Origin: Octopus sinensis | Lineage: Eukaryota | DNA length: 64,000 nt | Direction of reading: 5' to 3' | NCBI RefSeq assembly: GCF_006345805.1 | Contig: NC_043006.1 | Coordinates: 26,164,001-26,228,000, forward strand | Shown: one piece after another, positions 63,501 to 64,000 of the stretch | How the letters are laid out: every line of letters starts with the position of its first letter | Position numbering within the stretch: position 1 is the first letter of the stretch | The notes under the pieces: generated by a model | What the model was told of the DNA's origin: nothing | Databases searched by the model: none | The model's input: the letters and a program-made list of their open reading frames with translations, nothing else | Position numbers and translations under genes: made by a program

Positions 63501-64000
63501 ACTGGGGTCTGGGGAGCCAGTAGGCTGCATCAGGCCCAGTCTGATCTGGCAGTGTTTCTACAGCTGGATGCCCTTCCTAACGCCAACCACTCCGTGAGTG
63601 TAGTGGGTGCTTTTTACGTGCCACCTGCACAGGTGCCAGATGAGGCTGGCAAACGGCCACGATCGGATGGTGCGTTTTACGTGCCACCGGCACGGGGGCC
63701 AGACAAGGCTGGCGACTGAAAACATTTTAAAGCAAAATATTTAAAATTGTTTTATATTGTTTCAATAAATTATGACAATATTCAACTGGAGCAATTTTGA
63801 GATACATTTTTATTATAAGTTTACTTACAAACAGACTGAAAAGTCTAGTATATACTTTGTTGTTGCAGTCATGAATAACATTTGCATTTGTTAAAACAAT
63901 TCTAATTAGATGTTTCCTTATTAATTTCTAGTCGGAAGTATCTAATGCTTTAAAAGAAGTGCTTAGTGGAATAAAACTTCAAGAACGGGGTGTCTTTGTA
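15407..64000 (+). CDS. EIF5B: Eukaryotic translation initiation factor 5B, 19 exons in window, 5'- and 3'-partial
   Basis: Hand-spliced exons join in phase without stops (2662 nt). They contain [22 protein letters not shown] (G1), [15 protein letters not shown] (G2), [10 protein letters not shown] (G3), NKID (G4), [11 protein letters not shown] (G5) and [18 protein letters not shown], all hallmark eIF5B/IF2 motifs. Confidence 0.97.
16096..16493 (+). mobile_element. Non-autonomous Helitron
   Basis: A|TC 5' end, subterminal hairpin CCCAAGCAACGCCGGG, CTAG|T 3' end, no TSD; internal direct duplication with a 100-bp period (16240, 16340). Confidence 0.8.
17170..17550. mobile_element. piggyBac terminal fragment followed by a SINE tail
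   Basis: TTAA|CCCTTTTGTTACT matches the ends at 38469 and 44228; SINE tail from about 17350. Confidence 0.7.
17874..18014 (+). CDS. EIF5B: EIF5B exon ([18 protein letters not shown]...MLDDDDS)
   Basis: ttctag acceptor, gtaagt donor; 141 nt open, K/D/E-rich. Confidence 0.88.
18231..18445. mobile_element. piggyBac-type MITE, 215 bp
   Basis: TTGA|CCCTTTCGTTACCAACCCAGCTGAAA ... TAACGAAAGGG|TTAA; the left end matches the reverse complement of 49070-49095. Confidence 0.85.
18525..18810 (-). mobile_element. RTE 3'-UTR fragment inside a (TA)n tract
   Basis: (CAT)n tail; near-identical to the reverse complement of 35700-35980; TA repeats on both sides. Confidence 0.9.
19860..20296 (+). mobile_element. 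RTE 3'-UTR fragment
   Basis: Hairpin modules, conserved terminal block and (GAT)n tail. Confidence 0.85.
20616..21107 (+). CDS. EIF5B: EIF5B exon with hexapeptide repeat (NSDRKDSDD...EKLKKQQ)
   Basis: tttag acceptor, gtatgt donor; 492 nt open; [11 protein letters not shown] and [14 protein letters not shown] resemble the eIF5B N-terminal region. Confidence 0.92.
20853..21020 (+). repeat. Coding 18-bp tandem repeat, (V/G)KK(G/S/N)EE x9
   Basis: Unit G(T/G)G AAA AAG (G/A)GC GAA GAA, in frame within an EIF5B exon. Confidence 0.97.
21596..21683 (+). CDS. EIF5B: EIF5B exon ([13 protein letters not shown]...SAEHH)
   Basis: ttcag acceptor, gtaagt donor; phase 0 to phase 1. Confidence 0.88.
21872..22412 (+). 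mobile_element. RTE 3'-UTR fragment with a 93-bp tandem duplication
   Basis: Units start at 21872 and 21965 (AAGACCCGACAAA); then the GAGACCTATTGAGTCAAG motif, hairpin modules and tail. Confidence 0.8.
25820..26120 (+). mobile_element. Decayed RTE 3'-UTR fragment
   Basis: GGCACGTAAAAGCACCCATTACACTCTTGGAGTGGTTGG block. Confidence 0.7.
26654..26781 (+). CDS. EIF5B: EIF5B exon ([10 protein letters not shown]...KKPKGQ)
   Basis: tttag acceptor, gtaaat donor; phase 1 to phase 0. Confidence 0.88.
28226..28342 (+). CDS. EIF5B: EIF5B exon ([25 protein letters not shown]...)
   Basis: Poly-T/accag acceptor, gtatgt donor; matches the conserved EAL..KEEEER coiled coil. Confidence 0.94.
28530..29372 (+). 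mobile_element. Decayed 3' part of an RTE LINE
   Basis: Colinear with 34560-35980 ([23 protein letters not shown]) and ends in a GATGAT tail. Confidence 0.75.
29804..30110 (-). mobile_element. RTE 3'-UTR fragment (left arm of an inverted pair)
   Basis: (CAT)n tail, terminal block and two 63-nt modules. Confidence 0.9.
30114..30630 (+). mobile_element. RTE 3'-UTR fragment (right arm of an inverted pair)
   Basis: Colinear with 35390-35980, three modules, (GAT)n tail. Confidence 0.9.
30910..31060 (+). CDS. EIF5B: EIF5B exon ([18 protein letters not shown]...EGKLLTEKQ...MRSQ)
   Basis: ttctag acceptor, gtaatt donor; conserved EGKLLT motif. Confidence 0.95.
32521..32607 (+). CDS. EIF5B: EIF5B exon ([24 protein letters not shown]...)
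   Basis: ttttag acceptor, gtatgt donor; conserved PKKR..Y.DKK motif. Confidence 0.93.
33004..35280 (+). CDS. RTE reverse transcriptase ORF, 758 aa, no endonuclease domain
   Basis: [51 protein letters not shown] and LLYADD; a C4HC3 cluster; C-terminal [10 protein letters not shown]. Confidence 0.9.
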   Translation: MNRPAWRRRVWKLKDPANAQRFRDILLEASDEIEGDIASLNVEDNWRFLRDNLLTATDQICGWSKVPSRPRVTWWWNTVVDGAIRQKRQAWKDWKNGGSRELYQTAKREARRQVYIARGEADKKKFANVLSREDERLEVFRVARQCVRENRDVVGEKCVRMDDGSLALNEDAKREVWRCHYESLLNKENEWDKESLPNVDPTEGPAIRVDSSVVAKAVRSMKTGKAPGPSGITAEMLKISGSVGYNLVTRIVNQVIHEGVIPNDWCSSILVNCYKGKGDALDTNNYRGIKLLDQVMKVTERVLAQLIRERVSLDEMQFGFVPGKSTTDAIFLVRQLQEKYLAKDKPLYLAFVDMEKAFDRVPRSLIWWSMRKLGIDEWLVRAVQAMYRDAVSKVRVGNMYTEEFKVEVGVHQGSVLSPLLFIIVLQAITEEFKTGCPWELLYADDLALIAESLSELEEKFQVWKEGLESRGLRVNLAKTKVLISRKVENPQISSGRWPCSICRKGVGRNSIRCTQCKLWTHKRCSNVKGRLTGKIVFVCGRCSGALTSENLQKTTSVTFRGEKLEVVDSFRYLGDQVSSGGGCAESVTARIRIAWAKFRELLPLLVTKGLSLRVKGRLYDACVRTAMLHGSETWAVTAEDMRKLVRNDASMLRWMCNVSVLTRQSVSTLREMLYLRSISCCVQERRLRWYGHVARMDEERCVRKCQSLAVEGTRGRGRPRKTWDEVVKHDLRTLGLTMEMTRDRDLWKYAVREKTRQD
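33011..35980 (+). mobile_element. Young 5'-truncated RTE-clade LINE
   Basis: Uninterrupted RT frame, about 660 bp of 3' UTR with four tandem 63-nt modules, (GAT)8 tail, and putative TSD ATGAATA at 33004-33010 and 35977-35983. Confidence 0.95.
38142..38282 (+). CDS. EIF5B: EIF5B exon (ADSKRED...[12 protein letters not shown])
   Basis: caacag acceptor, gtaatt donor; phase 1 to 1; acidic region with the conserved W(D/E) motif. Confidence 0.9.
38469..39556 (-). mobile_element. Internally deleted piggyBac element
   Basis: TTAA|CCCTATCATTAC end; Cys-rich C-terminal remnant at about 39080-39220 fused directly to the acidic N-terminal region that matches 57300-57630; the other end is missing. Confidence 0.85.
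39849..39979 (+). CDS. EIF5B: EIF5B exon ([12 protein letters not shown]...IEKARERIL)
   Basis: ccatag acceptor, gtaagt donor; phase 1 to 0. Confidence 0.92.
40083..40954. repeat. Long inverted repeat, arms about 160 bp (40083-40242 and 40786-40954)
   Basis: For example AGGATAAAATTT / AAATTTTATCCT and AGAAATAATATTCTTAAGATTATAAA / TTTATAATCTTAAGAATATTATTTCT; one 9-nt indel. Confidence 0.92.
41152..41259 (+). CDS. EIF5B: EIF5B exon, G1 P-loop
   Basis: [36 protein letters not shown]; ag/gt flanks. Confidence 0.98.
42999..43109 (+). CDS. EIF5B: EIF5B exon, G2
   Basis: [24 protein letters not shown]...MVKE; taacag acceptor, gtaagt donor. Confidence 0.98.
43342..43727 (-). mobile_element. RTE 3'-UTR fragment
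   Basis: (CAT)n tail, terminal block and hairpin modules. Confidence 0.85.
43735..44050 (+). mobile_element. Decayed RTE ORF C-terminal fragment
   Basis: Similar to 34930-35270 (AATGAAGCTAG.., GTGTGCAAAAGAAGAC.., TATGGTCGTGTG). Confidence 0.55.
45148..45674 (-). mobile_element. RTE fragment nested in piggyBac
   Basis: Tail and terminal block from 45148; ORF remnant AMLHGSET-like at 45530-45674. Confidence 0.75.
45846..48232 (+). mobile_element. Degenerate RTE LINE nested in piggyBac
   Basis: Colinear with 33125-35870 with many stops and frameshifts; the tail is absent. Confidence 0.9.
50693..50754 (+). CDS. EIF5B: EIF5B exon, G3
   Basis: [20 protein letters not shown](S); tttcag acceptor, gtaagt donor; ends in phase 2. 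Confidence 0.96.
51785..53065 (+). mobile_element. Full-length degenerate mariner element (1281 bp)
   Basis: TA|CAGGGGTGGGCTGGAAAATTCATAGG ... CCTATGGACTTTTCAGCCAACCTTTG|TA; remnants of the HTH ([17 protein letters not shown]), KVSAW*VSHLLT and [10 protein letters not shown]. Confidence 0.9.
53925..54449 (+). mobile_element. Rearranged mariner copy (3' end followed by 5' coding part)
   Basis: 53925-54153 matches 52836-53065 including the right TIR; 54156-54449 matches 51958-52258. Confidence 0.88.
54572..54713 (+). CDS. EIF5B: EIF5B exon
   Basis: [47 protein letters not shown]. Confidence 0.98.
55020..55345 (-). mobile_element. CR1-type LINE 3' fragment
   Basis: Minus strand [50 protein letters not shown], the typical CR1 ORF2 C-terminus. 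Confidence 0.8.
55777..55908 (+). CDS. EIF5B: EIF5B exon
   Basis: [11 protein letters not shown]...EFEERSK...ISEQ; completes G4 (NK|ID) across the intron. Confidence 0.97.
56765..57920 (-). mobile_element. piggyBac 5' half with transposase remnants
   Basis: GTAACTAAAGGG|TTAA end; ORFs 57149-57694 and 56774-57145 give [37 protein letters not shown] (DDE_Tnp_1_7-type); truncated after YLNQG. Confidence 0.93.
58198..58380 (+). CDS. EIF5B: EIF5B exon, G5
   Basis: [10 protein letters not shown]...[14 protein letters not shown]...[10 protein letters not shown]. Confidence 0.98.
59200..59960 (-). mobile_element. Highly decayed LINE RT relic
   Basis: Weak SGV.QGS..G.L.FLLY-like remnant at about 59300-59390. 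Confidence 0.35.
60010..60340 (+). mobile_element. Decayed tRNA-derived SINE
   Basis: AACCATGTGGTTTCGGGGTCAGTCCC and CCTTGGGCAAGTGTCTTC core. Confidence 0.7.
62191..62352 (+). CDS. EIF5B: EIF5B exon, domain II
   Basis: [30 protein letters not shown]...PMKELRVK. Confidence 0.98.
63029..63160 (+). CDS. EIF5B: EIF5B exon
   Basis: [31 protein letters not shown]...YYK. Confidence 0.97.
63446..63718 (-). mobile_element. RTE 3'-UTR fragment
   Basis: (CAT)n tail, terminal block and hairpin modules. Confidence 0.88.
63932..64000 (+). CDS. EIF5B: EIF5B exon, cut by the window edge
   Basis: [23 protein letters not shown] after a ttctag acceptor. Confidence 0.95.

Noticed and set aside
15492-63931. 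Minor-class (U12) introns
   Set aside because: All 18 introns are GT-AG with U2-type donors; none has the GTATCC/ATATCC signature.

Overview
AT-rich animal genomic DNA, most likely an octopus (inferred from the repeat families and the dense (TA)n/(CAT)n tracts). The window holds most of one gene, EIF5B (eukaryotic translation initiation factor 5B), on the + strand. I traced 19 GT-AG exons from 15407 to the window end that join in one open frame of about 887 codons: a K/E/D-rich N-terminal region, GTPase motifs G1-G5 and domain II. The first coding exon and the 3' end were not found. Introns and the upstream 15 kb are packed with mobile elements: RTE-clade LINEs (one young copy with an uninterrupted 758-codon RT ORF), many RTE 3'-UTR fragments, tRNA-derived SINEs, piggyBac elements and MITEs, two Tc1/mariner families, CR1/L2-type relics, a non-autonomous Helitron and a Penelope-like GIY-YIG relic. 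I found no CRISPR array or new multi-gene system. The best leads are a Penelope-associated hammerhead ribozyme motif, a covarying double-hairpin RNA module in the RTE 3' UTR, a start codon apparently donated by the target-site duplication to a truncated RT ORF that contains a PHD finger, long intronic inverted repeats, and several rearrangement footprints. TE boundaries are approximate unless terminal repeats or target-site duplications are cited.
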